A stretch of 64,000 bases of DNA from Mobula hypostoma (taxonomy: Eukaryota): NCBI RefSeq assembly GCF_963921235.1, contig NC_086109.1:25980001-26044000 (forward strand). The letters are read 5' to 3'. Both the position numbers and the translations under genes were made by a program. The notes beneath the pieces are model-generated. The model did not search any database, was not told where the DNA came from, and saw only the letters and a list, made by a program, of their open reading frames with translations. Positions 26,535-39,469 of this stretch are shown piece by piece (within the stretch, counting starts at the first letter, position 1; every line of letters begins with the position of its first letter).

Positions 26535-28012
26535 GGCGGGAGGAGAAGATGGCGGTGCGACGCAGTGCGCGCAGCTCTCCAGTGAAATGATATTGTATTT
26601 GTAAGTAGGATGCCGTGCACAATTCTGATTTGATGGAGACAGACGTGAGAAGCAGAGGAACATCCGGAGAAACTTCTGAAATGCCTGGTTCGCTGCCGCT
26701 GCTACTGTACAATCAAGAATCTCCGGAGGGAAGGCCCCAAAATCCCCGGCTTTGCCTGCTGCTGGAGACCGAGGCTGAGGTCGAAGCGTTCGGCAGAGAT
26801 GGTGCTCAGTACTTGGTGTCGGAAGGCTGATCGGAGCTCGAAGTTTTCGGACGACTCAGAGTCGGACTGTGGTCGGGCATGGCAGGGAGAGTTTTCTTCC
26901 TTCTCCCGTCTGCGTGAGATATGGGACATTTGAGAGACTTTGAACTGTTTTATTGTGCTATGGCCTGTACTTCATCAAGTTATGGTATTGTTGCACTGTT
27001 GTAACTATTGTTACGTACCCCGTAACTGGGTTGCCAAACCAGCAGAAATGGAGTCTGGATTACTAGGACCTAATAAAGTTTTATTAAAGAAATAAGTAAC
27101 ACAGTACTCTAATCGTAAGGATATAAATGCAACAGGTTAGCAATGATAATACACACATGTACACAGAACTAGGGTAATAGGGATCAACCAAGCTCTATCG
27201 CAGTCTAGGGTTAAAATGATCAGTCTTAAGTGACACAGAGTTCAGTTCAGCTTAGAACAGTTCGCAGTAATCTCTGTTGTGCCGTTGGAGAGAGAGAGAG
27301 AGAGAGGGAGGGGGATGCAATTTGATTCAGGCAGACCTTTGATGTCTTCGCAGTTGGTTTCGGGCAGACCCTTTTATGTCTTCTATCCCGTTGTGGTCAC
27401 CGACTGTGACCCCTGCGTTCCAGATACAATCGTTCTTCCGTGGTGAACCCGGCACCCAGGCAAGGGCAGACGCACACACCAAGTTCCCACTGATCGTACC
27501 TTTACACCCTGTGAGCCTATGGTCGGTTCCCGTGAACCAGACCTCCAAACTGCCACCAACTTGTGGGGGCACACCACTCTTTCCAGGGTCTCGTTATCTT
27601 GTGATCTCGTGGTGTGTCGTGCCTTAGCGAACCTGCTTTTTTTATCCCCCTGCTGGGGTATCACCTGTCCATCAAACTTTAAGCAGTTTAGGTTCAAAGT
27701 AACCGGTCTGTCAATATTCTGAATTGTGTTTCTTTTCCATTAATCCCTCCCTCCTCTCTTATTAGCATTTTGAATGTTTCTTCATTGTCTCTCTTATCTC
27801 TCCAAATTAGCATCAATCGTCCAATAGCTTGGTTTGGCGTCACACTATATGTTATAATTATGTGGTTTTTGTTAGTTTTTCAGTCTTGATCTGTCCTGTG
27901 TTTCTGTGATATCACACTGGAGGAATATTGTATCATTTCTTAATGCATGCATTATTAAATGACAATAAAAAAGGACTGTGTGTCCTCATAATCTAATCAT
28001 AATCTAATCTAA
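26535..28012 (+). mobile_element. Non-autonomous LINE-derived element (AAGATGGCG start, (AATCT)n tail) split by a solo LTR
   Basis: Homologous to 5688-6340. The sequence gttgtaactat|atgttataattatg is contiguous in that copy and is split here by 27009-27844. Confidence 0.85.
27009..27844 (-). mobile_element. Solo LTR (Gypsy-like), 836 bp
   Basis: TGTTACG...CGTCACA termini; CTAT 4-bp TSD at 27005-27008 and 27845-27848. On the minus strand: TATA-like GATAAAA near 27645, (TC)n tract, AATAAA near 27083. Confidence 0.88.
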
Positions 28013-28030
28013 TAAACAACAAATTTGTGT

Positions 28031-28340
28031 TGGCGCGTGGCCAAGTGGTTAAGGCGTCAGTCTAGTGATCTGAAGGTCGCTAGTTCGAGCCTCAGCTGAG
28101 CCAACGTGTTGTGTCCTTGAGCAAGGCACTTAACCACACATTGCTCTGCGACAGCAGCGGTACCAAGCTGTATTGGTGCCCTAGTGCTCTTCCCTTGGAC
28201 AATATCGGTAGTGTGGAGAGGGAAGACTTGCAACATGGGCAACTGCTGGTCTTCCATACAACCGTGCCCAGGCCTGCGCCCTGGAAACCTTCCAAGGCGC
28301 AAATCCATGGTCTCACGAGACTAATGGATGCCTATAAAAA
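28031..28340 (+). mobile_element. tRNA-derived SINE
   Basis: Pol III A box TGGCCAAGTGG (28038-28048), B-box-like AGTTCGAGCC (28082-28091), body tgtgtccttgagcaaggcacttaac, A-rich tail. Second copy at 38342-38635. Confidence 0.9.
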
Positions 28341-28354
28341 AAACAACAAATTTA

Positions 28355-28840
28355 TGCCCCAGGTGGAATGCACAGTGGAAACCAGCATCGAGGAGCACAG
28401 GAGGTGTACCTGTTTGGACTTCCCAGAGAAATCAGTGGCAGCAGGACACTGCATTCGCAATGGCCATAGGATTGACTTCGACGGCACAAGACTACTGCAC
28501 CACTCCAATAGCTTTTGGGACTGCCTGGTAAAGGAAGCCATTGAAATAAAATTAGAAGAAAAGAATTTTTACAAAGATGAAAGTCTCACTTTAAGAACTG
28601 GAATTCGATTATAAACAAGGTGGAAGAGTGGAAACCTGATAGGATGAGGTCTAACCAAACAGGAGGGACGGAATACAGGGTTATAAATACCACTGGACTA
28701 GACATGCCCAGGCATCATCCCTGATAAAGATTCTGGAGTTTGTCACTGAAACATTGGTTATAATCGACACCTGTAACCGGCTGGAAGCCCCTGAAGAGTT
28801 TATTCATCATATACACCAGGAAAGCACTAGATCCTTTTTA
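28355..28840 (+). mobile_element. PLE (different family) GIY-YIG C-terminus plus 3' end with decayed hammerhead
   Basis: Translation ETSIEEHRR...EKSVAAGHCIRNGHRIDFDGTRLL...CLVKEAIEIK...NFYKDESLTL, typical of the Penelope endonuclease C-terminus. CTGATAA...GAAACATT at 28721-28755. Confidence 0.8.
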
Positions 28841-30264
28841 ACAAGTTGTTCGTCAAAATATTTCACAAGTTATCAAATGCTTAAAAAGCTTCCCAACATA
28901 AAAAGTAAAAGACATATCTGATGTGCTACCAATTACCTAAGGGAGCTTTTGATCATTGTCTGGTAGCATGTACTAATTGTAAGTACTGAAGGATTGCAAG
29001 ATGGATGAGGACGGTGAACATAGTGCATTTTTTCCAGTCTGAAAAAAGGGAGTTGATTTTATATCCTTCAGAATTTTCTATACCCTGATTATTGTTGCAT
29101 TTGGAGAGTTAGTCCTCTTTAGTGTTCTATAATTCACATATGCTTGGTTTTCTATCACATTACCATTGGGAGCAAAGTAATGTCAAAAACACAAAGTACT
29201 CTGAATCCTTAAATTCTAAGATTAGCAAAACTTGATTTTTTTTTTAAAGACATCTTTGTTCTTCAGCCATTATCTGGAGTCCTGATTTTCTTATATGCTT
29301 AAATTGAAATGCAAAGCTGATTTTCAGTTGTTAAAGTGTTAAGATGCTCAGAATTCGCCTTGGACAATCATGTTCACATACCGCAAGCCTCTGCTGGGTA
29401 TGCAGTGTCATTTTTGTACAACACCTTAATCAGTTACAAATACTTGTGGCAGCATAATATTATTCAACCTGATGTACAAACAGTAAAGTGCCTTGTGCAG
29501 TAATTTGATTAAAAATCTAAAGTTGTTGCAATATTTATTAGCTATCAGAATATCTTCAAAACACAGATGGGTAATTACACAGAGTGTAGTACTAGAAAGT
29601 AGATTATGCGATAATTTTAATTTACTTTCACAATTACAGCAAAAGCCTAAGTAATCCCTTGCGACCAAAATCTTGATAAACCATTATTTTCCATCTGGCA
29701 CTTTACACTCTTTTAAGGAATTCTCGGGCACCTGATTAGATCGCATTTTGTTGATTGCAATCCCGCACATCACTCAAAATCATTGAGAATACAACAGCAG
29801 ACATGTCATGATTTAAGTGATATTAAACCACAGTCCTGATCATTGTAAAAGTTTCAGGAGATACTTGGTAGCTGCCTGAACAACATTTCCTTAGATTTGC
29901 TCTGTCAGATGCAGCCCTCCCCATTGAACAACTTCTTATTATCTTCTTGAGTAGTCCTTCTGGACAGGGGCTACCTGCCTCCAGTTCATTGCTGTAGGGT
30001 GAGAGGTGGCTGCTGAAGCCTATGTGAAATCCAGACACAGCCATAGGTGGGCTCATGTGGGCCAAATGTGTGGGAGATAGTGCACTTCTTTCACCATTTT
30101 CTTTGGGTTTGCAAGTGCCTGTGAAAGAATATTTCTCTATTTCCAAACCTTCTCTGTTTTGGACCTGTATCTCGGAGTCTCTTTGGAGGGGTTGGAGTGG
30201 AGATTTATTATCCTCACCTCACATACTTTCCTCTATCTCCAATTAATCTGTAATATAATTCTGA

Positions 30265-30450
30265 CCACCAGGTTCAGGAACAGTTATTACCCCTCGACCA
30301 TTAGGCTCCTGAATCAGAGGGAATAAGTTCACTCAACTTCACTTGACCCATCACTGAACTGTTCACACAACCTATGGACTCACTTTCAATGACACTTCAT
30401 CTCATGTTCTCGATATATATTGTTTATTTATTTATTATTATTGCTGTTGT
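30265..30450 (+). mobile_element. Rex1/Babar LINE 3' fragment
   Basis: accaccaggttcaggaacagttattacccctc...caacctatggactcactttcaa, homologous to 54480-54660 (reverse complement). Confidence 0.75.
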
Positions 30451-31019
30451 ATTTCTATTCTCAAGCTGGTAAAACCAGAGGGATGAGCATAGCCAAGCAC
30501 ACTCAGTACTCAATTGCTAGGAACTTTGGAACTATTCTAATGGTGTTTAGTATTGTGGCTTTCTAGAGATTTACATAAATATTGCTCCGTAAGCCTAATT
30601 GTTTAATCCTATTGTGTAGTGCTTTTGGGATAATTCTAGTTGTAGATATTACTATAGGGACAATGCAGACCCTATTCATGTTCTATAGTCTTTCAACTTC
30701 CTCTTTTAATTCAGCATATTTCTGGTGATTTTTTTCTTTTGGTGTTTTTTTTTCTGTATGTTACGTGTGTTTGGAATAGCTATATCTATTAATTAAGTCA
30801 TTCTTGCTTGTTTACCTTGTATTATTATATCCAGATGGTCATTATGGATTGTCCTATCTGTGATAATGGATCCATTGCAATATAATTCATAGGACTCTGG
30901 CTCTAAAACTGGATCAGGCTCATATTTATAGTAAGGTATGGGTTCTGTTATGAGTATCTATTTTAAAGCAAGACTTTGGAGATTGATGTTTGCCACTTGA
31001 TTATGCCTGTGTAAGAAAT

Positions 31020-33548
31020 CATAGAGTCATAGAGGAGTACCGCACAGAAACAGGTCCTTCAGACCATCTAGTCCATGCTGAAGCCATTTAAACTGCCTAT
31101 TCTCATTGACTTGCATTGGGACCATAGCTCTCCATATCCCTACTACCCATGTACTGTAACTATCCAAACTTCTCTTAGAAGTTGAAATAGAGCTCGCACG
31201 GACCTCTTGTACTGGCAGCTCATTCCACACTCTCACAACCCTCTGAGTGAAGAAGTTTTCCCTTAGGTTAGCCTTAGACTTCTCACCTTTCATCCTTAAG
31301 CCATGACCTCTGATTGTAGACCCACCCAAACTCAGTGGAAAAAGCCTGACTGCATTTACCCTATCTATACCTCTCATAATTTTGTACACCTCTATCAAAT
31401 CTCTTCTCAATCATCTATGTTCTAAAGAATATAGTCCTAACCTATTCAAACTTTCCATATAACTCAGGTCCTCCAGACCCAGCAACATTCTTGTAAATTT
31501 TCTCTGTACTCTTTCAACTTTATTTATATTTTTCTTTAGGTAGGTGACTAAGACTGCACACAATACTCCAAATAAGACATTACCAGAGTCTTATACAACT
31601 TCAACATAACATCTCATCTTCTGTATTCAATACATTGACTTATGAAGGCCAATGTGCCAGAAGTTTTCTTTATGGCCCTATCTACCTGTGACACCACTTT
31701 CAATAAATTTTGTACCTTTATTCTACTACACTCCTCAGTGCCCTACCCTTCACTGTGTAAGACCTATCCTGGTTGGTCCTACTGAAGTGCAAAACTTCTC
31801 CCTTGTCAGCATTAAATTTCATCCGCCATTTTTCAGCTAATTTTTCCAGCTGATGCAGATCCCTCTGCAAGCCATGATAGCCTTCCTCACTGTCCACTAC
31901 ACCAGAAATCCTGCCAATTTACTGATCCAGTTAACCACACTATCATCCAGATCACTGACATACAGGTAGATGACATACAACAAAGGACCCAGCACCAGTC
32001 CCTGTGGCACCAAACCAATAGTTACAGGCTTCCAGTCAGAGAGGCCACCCTCTACCACCACTCTCATGTTTCTCCCACAAAGCCAATGTCTAATCCAATT
32101 TACTTCCTCATCCTGAATGCCAAACGACTGAACCTTCTTGACCAGCCTCTCGTGCGGGACCTTGTCAAAGGCCTTACGAAAATCCATGTAGGTAACATCC
32201 ACTGCCTTGCCTTCATCCACTTTCCTGGTAACTTCCTAAAAAACTCTGTAAGATTGGTAAGACATGACCTACTACACAAAGCCATGCTGACTATTCTTAA
32301 TTAGACCATGTATATCCAAATACTTATGTATCAGTCCCTTAGAATACCTTCCAATTACTTTCCCATAACTGACCTCAGACTTGCTGGCTTATAATTCCCT
32401 GCGATATCTTTAGAGCCTTTCTTAAACAGCGGAACAACATTGGGTTATCCTCCAATCCTCTGGTATGTCTTCTGTCACTAAGGATGTTTCAAATATCTCT
32501 GCTAGGGCACCGTCAATTTCTGCACTTGCCTCCTGTAGGGTTCAAGGGAGCACCTTGTCAGACCCTGAGGATTTATCCACCCTGATTTGCCTCAGGGTAG
32601 CTAACAATTCCTCTGTAATCTGGACAGGGTCTATGAATTTGATGCCACTTTGTCTCACTTCTATAGACTCTGTATCCACTGCCTGAGTAAATACAGATGT
32701 AAAGAAAGTATTTAAGATCTCTCCCATCTGTTTTGGCTCCACAGATGGATTACCATTCTAATTTTCCAGAGGACCAAAAGGATTTTCCCTTAAATCCTTT
32801 TGCTCCTAACACACTCTTAGATACTCCTTCGCCTTGTTTGTTAGAGCAACTTCATGCCTTCTTCTAGCCTTTCTGTTTTCTTTCTTAAATGCACTTCTTA
32901 TGTTCCATAAGCACCTCATTTGGTCCCACTTGCCTATATCTGTTATACACTTCCTTTTTTCTCTTAACCAGGGCATCAATATCTCTTGAAAACCATTCCC
33001 TACCCTTGTTATGTTTACCTTTTATTCTGTCAGGCACATACAAGTTTTGTACTCTCAAAAATTTCGTTTTTGCAGGCCTCTCACTTTCCAAGTATACCTT
33101 TGCCAGAAAACAGTCTGTCCCAGTCAGGCTTGCCAGATCCTTTATGATACCTTAAAATTGGCCCTTCTCCAATTTAGAATCTCAATCTGCAGACCTGACC
33201 TATCTCTTTGCATATTTACTTTGCAACTAATGGCATTGCGGTCATTGGGTGCAAAATATTCCCCTGTATAAACTTCTGTCACCTGCCTGTCTCATTCCCT
33301 AACAGCATGTCCACCATTGCACACTCTCTCATTGGGACTTCTACGTACTGATGAAGAAAACTTTCCTGATCACATGTGACAAACTCTATCCCATCTCGTC
33401 CTTTCACAGCATGGGATTACCAGTCAAATGTGGAAAGTTAAAATTCCTACTCTAACAATATTATGTTTTTTGCAACAGTCTGCAATCTCTTTATAAATTT
33501 GTTCCTCTAAATCTCTAGGAAAGTTGGGTGGTCTGTAATATAGCCCCA
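31020..33548 (-). mobile_element. CR1 LINE ORF2 fragment (EN linker, RT, 3' end), frameshifted
   Basis: Translation pieces GLYYRPPN...; VDKSSGSD; RSCLTNLTEFF; DEGKAVDVTYMDFRKAFDKVPHERL...VPQGLVLGPLLY; RRDLIEVYKIMRGIDRV...NFFTQRVVRVWNELP. Confidence 0.93.
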
Positions 33549-33559
33549 TTAACATGGTC

Positions 33560-33800
33560 ATATGGGGAAGAGCGATCTGGGGGTCAATGTTCTTGTTGTG
33601 TTTCATGTAGGGGGAGGAGGAGTGGGGGTTGATGATTCTGTTGTCATTCTTTTTGTGCGGGGGGGGGTTGCTGCTTCTCTCTGAACTGACTTCCATGGTA
33701 TTTCATTGTTTCATGGCTATCTGGAGAAGAAGGATCTCTGAGTTGTATACTGCATACATACTTTGATAATAAATGATCCTCTGAACCTTTTTGAACCTTA
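33560..33800 (+). mobile_element. Rex-type 3' tail fragment
   Basis: Ends catactttgataataaatga...gaacct, like the other Rex-type tails in the window. Confidence 0.6.
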
Positions 33801-34639
33801 CTCCTACTTCCTCCATTCTCACAAACAGTGAGAGATCATGGAGAAATGCTATTGTGCACATGTTCTGTAAGAGGTCTTTTCTAGGGATTTGTGTAGAACC
33901 AAGCATTCAGGTCAGAGGACTTTGCACAAAACTGGTGCACCATGGTGAACGGTCTTCAACCTGAAACATTAATGTAAGTGCTTCCCATTGTTTTCCTGTT
34001 TGTTATTTTAGATTTCCATTATCTTCTGGCTTCTTAATTTTTACCCCAGCAGCTGTGTTTTAGTATGCATTTTTATACATGGTACTATTTCTATTCCACA
34101 GTTATTTATATGCCATGATAAAGATTGGCAGAAGGGAAATTCCCTTGGAAGAGCCTTAAAATAGTCACTTTGTAGCAAACAGGTTCAAGGAGAATATGGC
34201 ACAAATGCAAATAAAGTTAATACAAAGGGAATACAAAGGATGTATGCAAAGAAAACTGGTATTCATTGTATTTACTGTTACACTAAAGTTGCTCTTTACT
34301 TTTATGGTAACAATGCATGTGGAGAGAATATTTTTCAAACTCAGTTCCACTGAGGAGCAGATTTCATTCCCAGTCGCTGCATCCACATCAGGTGATGTGG
34401 ATTCTGTTGTATATTAACATTTGAAAGACCAGTTTTATCTTTATGGAAAATAAATTCTGATGCAATGCTATAAACATTTACAGCATTCACAAAGTTCTGT
34501 GAACATAAGCCAATATCCAATTAATGACAGAACCTAAGGTGGAGTAAGTGTTGATCAAAAGCATACTTTAACATTATCATCATATTGACTTTCCTCAGCT
34601 CATTTTTATACTAGATTATGTACATTGTCAAAGAAAGAT

Positions 34640-34785
34640 ATGGGAATTACCTACCCTGGCATCTGGCCCAGTACTTTGACCAACAAAAATAATATTTTCC
34701 ATTATCATATTGTTATTTACAGGAATTTGCACCGTGCAGCTTGGTTCCAGTGAATCCTAAATCATAACAATGACTCAAAAACCAC
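34640..34785 (+). mobile_element. Decayed 3' part of a Deu-domain SINE (SacSINE1/AmnSINE-like)
   Basis: cattatcatattgttatttacaggaatttgcaccgtgcagcttgg...ataacaatgac resembles the DeuSINE 3' region as I recall it. Confidence 0.45.
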
Positions 34786-34929
34786 ACCCTCCACGCAAAT
34801 CAGCAAGTCCATAGAAATGTTAAAAATGAACAGGTGATGGTGAATCCTATTGTTGGACACACTTCTTCATCTTTATATAGACTCTATCTTTCCATTTCTG
34901 CCTTAATCAAAACAAATGGCAGTTTGTAG

Positions 34930-36100
34930 CTCTTCTACCTAGCTGATGACGCTCCTGGGGAGTTGCGTCTTTCTCATTGAATGTAATATTTTAGCAAAGT
35001 CCACAAAGTTTATAGTCATCCCTTCGTGAGTTTTCTTTGACCATCTTTTGATGTTCCACAGGATATTGTTATTTGCATTGCTCTCAGTATTTAGTCTTAA
35101 AACCCCATTTGCTAAGGGCTGTCTCATTAAGTCTCTTCACGAGGAATTTGGTAAAGAGTCTTAGAAGCATAGGATCAATAGTAATTAACCACCAGTTACT
35201 GATACTATTCCAGAACTTTTGATCTTTAGTTTTCAGTGTCTGGGATGGCTCCTAAATTAAAGGTTATGGTAAAGAGTTGTGGGAATGGGATCTTGTTTGG
35301 CTTTATCGGGTCCAGGTGCTTCTTTCTAATTGCATCAAGGTCTGCTGAACTTGTCTCAATTTTCATCATTAGTGCCTTCAATTTCCTATAGCACATTTCT
35401 TTCGTAAATTTATGCCTATTATCAATGATCACTGTAGCCATCTATCTTGCTTATGTCCGTCTTGTTGTCAGTTTTGACTGAAAGCACAGCTGTAACTTTT
35501 TAAGTATGTAGCTGAGGCATACACATTGCTTCCATTCAGTCTGGCACATATTTTCCTCACTTCACATGTGCCAGTTTCTTAATTGTTGCATTTGCTGGCG
35601 TGTATGAACTTTTCTTTCTTTTCCTGAAGTGTGGTGTGCTGGCATCAACTGTCAGTGAATTGATCCACATGTTCTTAAAATGGATATTAACTGACATTGT
35701 CCCCCAAGCAGAACCTGTGGTGAAGTTCTTCTCATTCCTCAAACTGTAGAGTGGTATCTCTGCCTGTTCCAAATCCTCCACTGGGTTTCTACCTCCCCTT
35801 CCAAGAGATGAGACCCACTGCAGTCTCCACATAGTGGGGTTTAACTGTCTTCATTCTTAATGGCCTGGTCTCCAGCTTCCTCAGTCCAGTTCTGTGGTGC
35901 CGGGTTCACTGCCACTTTTACCTACCCTTAGCGTAAAAGATAAGACTTTGCTGATCTGTGCAAGTGGCTTTGAATTTTGCCTCATTTCAATGAGAGAGAT
36001 GTCTCTTTGTCCCTATGACTGACCCTTCTTGGCCTCTTGTCAGGACTTTTGCTGATATTTTCTAATTCCTAAACTCAGCCTCTCTTGTTTTTGTGGCAAA
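34930..36100 (-). mobile_element. Old RTE-clade LINE ORF remnant
   Basis: Degraded RT-proximal motifs INFVDFAK (cf. FVDFxKAFDS) and HLDPIKPNKIPF.QLF (cf. KAPGxDxIPxELF); many stops. Confidence 0.55.
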
Positions 36101-36149
36101 AGTCTCCTTACATATCTCACAGATGAGATTCTTTCCCCCCACCAGTCTG

Positions 36150-36425
36150 TGTGCCAGCGATCACTGATTAGCTTCAATGCCTGCCGCAGCGTGTAAGGCT
36201 TTGATACATTCTCCCTGTGATCACATGAGTTTCATTCGGACACTCCAGTTTCTCCCCACATTTCAAAGATGTATGGTTAGATTTAGTGAGTTATGGCACC
36301 AGAAGTATAGGAACACTTGTGGGCAATTCTCTCTGATTTGATTTGACGCATGATGACACACTGCACTATCTGTTTCAATGTTTGGTGTAAACATGACAAT
36401 AAAGCTAATGTATTTATCCTCTTTC
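36150..36425 (+). mobile_element. V-SINE/HE1-like SINE
   Basis: V-domain-like ctccctgtgatcacatgagtttc...ctccagtttctccccacatttcaaagatgta; tail tgacaataaagctaat. Confidence 0.7.
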
Positions 36426-37309
36426 AACTCAGGTAGTGACCCACAATAGTCCTGGACTCTCTGACCATGTATCACAGGGCAAAGTAATTCTCATTTTCTT
36501 ATGCCAATAAGATTTCTCAAGGGTATTTGGTAAATGATTGTTTCAGGTCAATCCCATTACCTCAAAGCCAAAGAGTAATTCAGAAAGTGGTAGAGGTTTA
36601 AATTTAATTCAGTAAATGCTGCAGAGTATTTAGCCATTAACATCTTATCAAAAGTGACAACATCACTTATCTGAATAAATTTTGTAGAAAAAAATGATTC
36701 AAACACTAACTTCTGGAGTGACAGATGTACAATGGTACCATACACATTTGAATGAGCTGAGATGTAATAGGAGAGGAGGTATGGATTGATTCTGGGTAAT
36801 TTACCTAACTGTAACTGATAGTTAGGCCAGCAATGTGGCTAGGAGATTTTTCAAGGCAGTGAGAGACTTGTAGCTTTCCACAAGGCTGTCTGCTGAGCCT
36901 AGAGCTATTTCCATCATCTGCAGATTTTCTCTTGTTTGTGGTCAATCTATTAATTACTTGGATGGGATAGGAAACAGTACTTCCAGGATTAGCTGTGCAC
37001 AAAGAGGAAACATTGTAAGTAATGCAGATAGAAATATTGAATTGAAGGCTATTAACAGATTACAGAACTGCAATCTACGTCCTATAGCTTTGCCCAATGT
37101 ACGTAAAGATGACCACTACCCACTATCAACTTTAAAGGCAAAAGGACAATTTTAAATAAATAGCGAACTTCAAAGAAACTTGGGGGTCCGTATCTCATTG
37201 AAACTTAAAATTCTTAAGGGGCTTGAGGGGATAAATGTGAATTGAATGTTTTCTCTGGCCGCGTAACCTACAGCCAGAAGTCTCATTATTCAAAATAAAT
37301 TGTCAGCCA

Positions 37310-37560
37310 ATCAGTTCAAATTCAATTCAATTCAATTCAAGTTTGTCATTCAATTAAACAAGAATAGCCATGAATACAGCCAAACGACACAACGTTACTC
37401 CGGGGCTATGTTGCAAAACACAGTACTAACCGTCATACACAGTACAAAGCACACAAAGCACGTACCAGATAGCAAGCACATGCAAGATATCAGCGAAATA
37501 CAGTCATGCAAAATAAATATCTGTACAAAAGGGAATTGTTTGAATAACAAAAGTTAGTTG
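37310..37560 (-). mobile_element. Rex-type 3' tail fragment with (TTGAA)n end
   Basis: ttcaaattcaattcaattcaattcaagtttgtcattc; reverse-complement homologue of ~16150-16300. Confidence 0.6.
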
Positions 37561-37636
37561 TAAAGGCTCTGTTTGCTGAGTACATTCAAGACAGACCAAT
37601 AGTCCCAGTCAGCTGGACTTTGTCGCACAGCCTGCT

Positions 37637-38200
37637 GTTATGTTTTGAAACTTAAAAATATGAAACTAATTCAGGTGTCCAAAATGTCAGTCTAACTTCA
37701 GGTTTACTTTTAAGTGAGGCGTGCATGTATAATGTGGTAGCATGATGAAACTGCAACTTGAATTTTAGCCTTTTCTAATCTCTATGCAGTCCATAATTTT
37801 TGTCTACCTGACACACTCTTTGTAGGTGTCCTACTTTGTTGCATTTTCTACAAGTTTTGCCTTTAAATCTGCATTGGTCTGGTGTATGTGAGTCCCTGCC
37901 AAAACATTAACACAATTTGTTTGGCCAGGCACGTTTCTGTTTAGACTTTGCAATTTTGTTCATGCTCACTTTCATTCCTGACTGCAACGCAATTTCATCT
38001 CTGCCTGCAGTTTCCATTGAAACAGCAATTTCAACTGCTTGCTTGAATGTAAGTTGTGCTTCAGTTAGGAGCCATTTTTGAATGCTTTCTTTTAAGATTC
38101 CCCCATTAACCAATCTTTTAGTGTATCATTGTCCATTACTGAACTGACAATACTCAGTCTCTTAAATTCAGCCATGTATGTTGAAATGGACTCCCCTTAT
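37637..38200 (-). mobile_element. Gypsy LTR retrotransposon gag remnant
   Basis: Translation GILKESIQKWLLTEAQLTFKQAVEIAVSMETA...KLC*CFGRDSHTPDQCRFKGKTCRKCNKVGHLQRVC, including a CX2CX4HX4C zinc knuckle. Confidence 0.85.
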
Positions 38201-38341
38201 TTTTGAGCAACACACATAAAAATTGCTGGTGAACGCAGCAGGCCAGGCAGATACTGCTTATAAAACCTAAAGTGTTCTGCAATCAACAATGCCTTTGGTT
38301 TTAAATGTCCTTACATTACTTTTACAATATCTTAGAGAAAG

Positions 38342-38635
38342 AGGCATCCGTTAGTCTCGTGAGACCATGGGTTTGCGCCTTGGAAGGTTTCCAGGGCACA
38401 GGCCTGGGCAAGGTTGTATGGAAGATCAGCAGTTGCCCATGCTGCAAATCTCCCCTCACCATGCCACCGATGTTGTCCAAGGGAAGGGCATTAGGACCCA
38501 TAAAGCTTGGCACCGGTGTTGTCGCAGAGCAATATGTGGTTAAGTGCCTTGCTCAAGGACACAACACGCTGTCTCAGCCAAGGCTCAAACTAGCAACCTT
38601 CAGACAAATGCCTTAACCACTTGGTCACGCGCCAG
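38342..38635 (-). mobile_element. tRNA-derived SINE, second copy
   Basis: Reverse-complement homologue of 28031-28340. Confidence 0.9.
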
Positions 38636-39469
38636 CGCAATATCAGCAAAGCTCATTTCAGATGGTTTCATTGGAGTAGTTAAACTTCGAAGTAAACCCT
38701 ACATATTTAAGTAGCACCTCATCTCTGAACTTTTATGTTGGTACAGAATCATATTTATCATTAAACCACAATTTAACAAAAATATTTTAGTGAAATAATC
38801 TGTTTTGTCCCTGTGGTGGCTGCATAAATCTTCAGTGCATCCCGCATCATACTCCTGCATCCTGGAATGCGTGAATTGGCAGCATTCCTCTGTGGACATC
38901 TCAGTGTGCTGACAGACCAGTAAGTTTTGGGCAGGCCAAAGGGTGTCTTTCACCAAGACGATCATCTTCCAATAGCAATTGACGTCCACCTTTGCCTATG
39001 TGCCTCTGGGAACAAGCCTGTAGATCAAAGAAAGTTCTTAACTGTATTAAAGTTGAAGTTAATTATCCCAAACAATTTCAAACAATACTGACAATTATTG
39101 AAAAATTCTACCCCTTTTCTTTTTCTTTGGCATTTAAATTCTTAATATTTGAATACATTCAGAATTATCCAGGCTGAGAATTCTAGCTAAATCTCTAGCA
39201 GCAAACTAAGCATTAAACTGGGGGGGGTCGGTGGTTAGGGAGGAGTAAAAATAGATCATAACAGTTATATTGCTGTTAATATCCTATTTGCAGTAATTTC
39301 ACACCTTCAATTGATTCAATCACAGTCATTTATCTGCTGAAAAACCCCAAGCATGATGTGTGTCTCTGGATATTGAATTGAATATCAATGCAAGTAAATT
39401 AATCTAATGGGATGATCTGTAAGCAGCGAGCATGCCAGTGCTTGGCAATCGAGTGTCACTCCGTGGACA

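Noticed and set aside
28031..28105. tRNA gene
   Set aside because: A and B boxes are present but there is no proper acceptor stem. It continues into a SINE body, and a second copy lies at 38342-38635.
29823..30146. 107-aa minus-strand ORF as a host exon
   Set aside because: No recognisable domain or clear splice boundaries; the length is compatible with chance.
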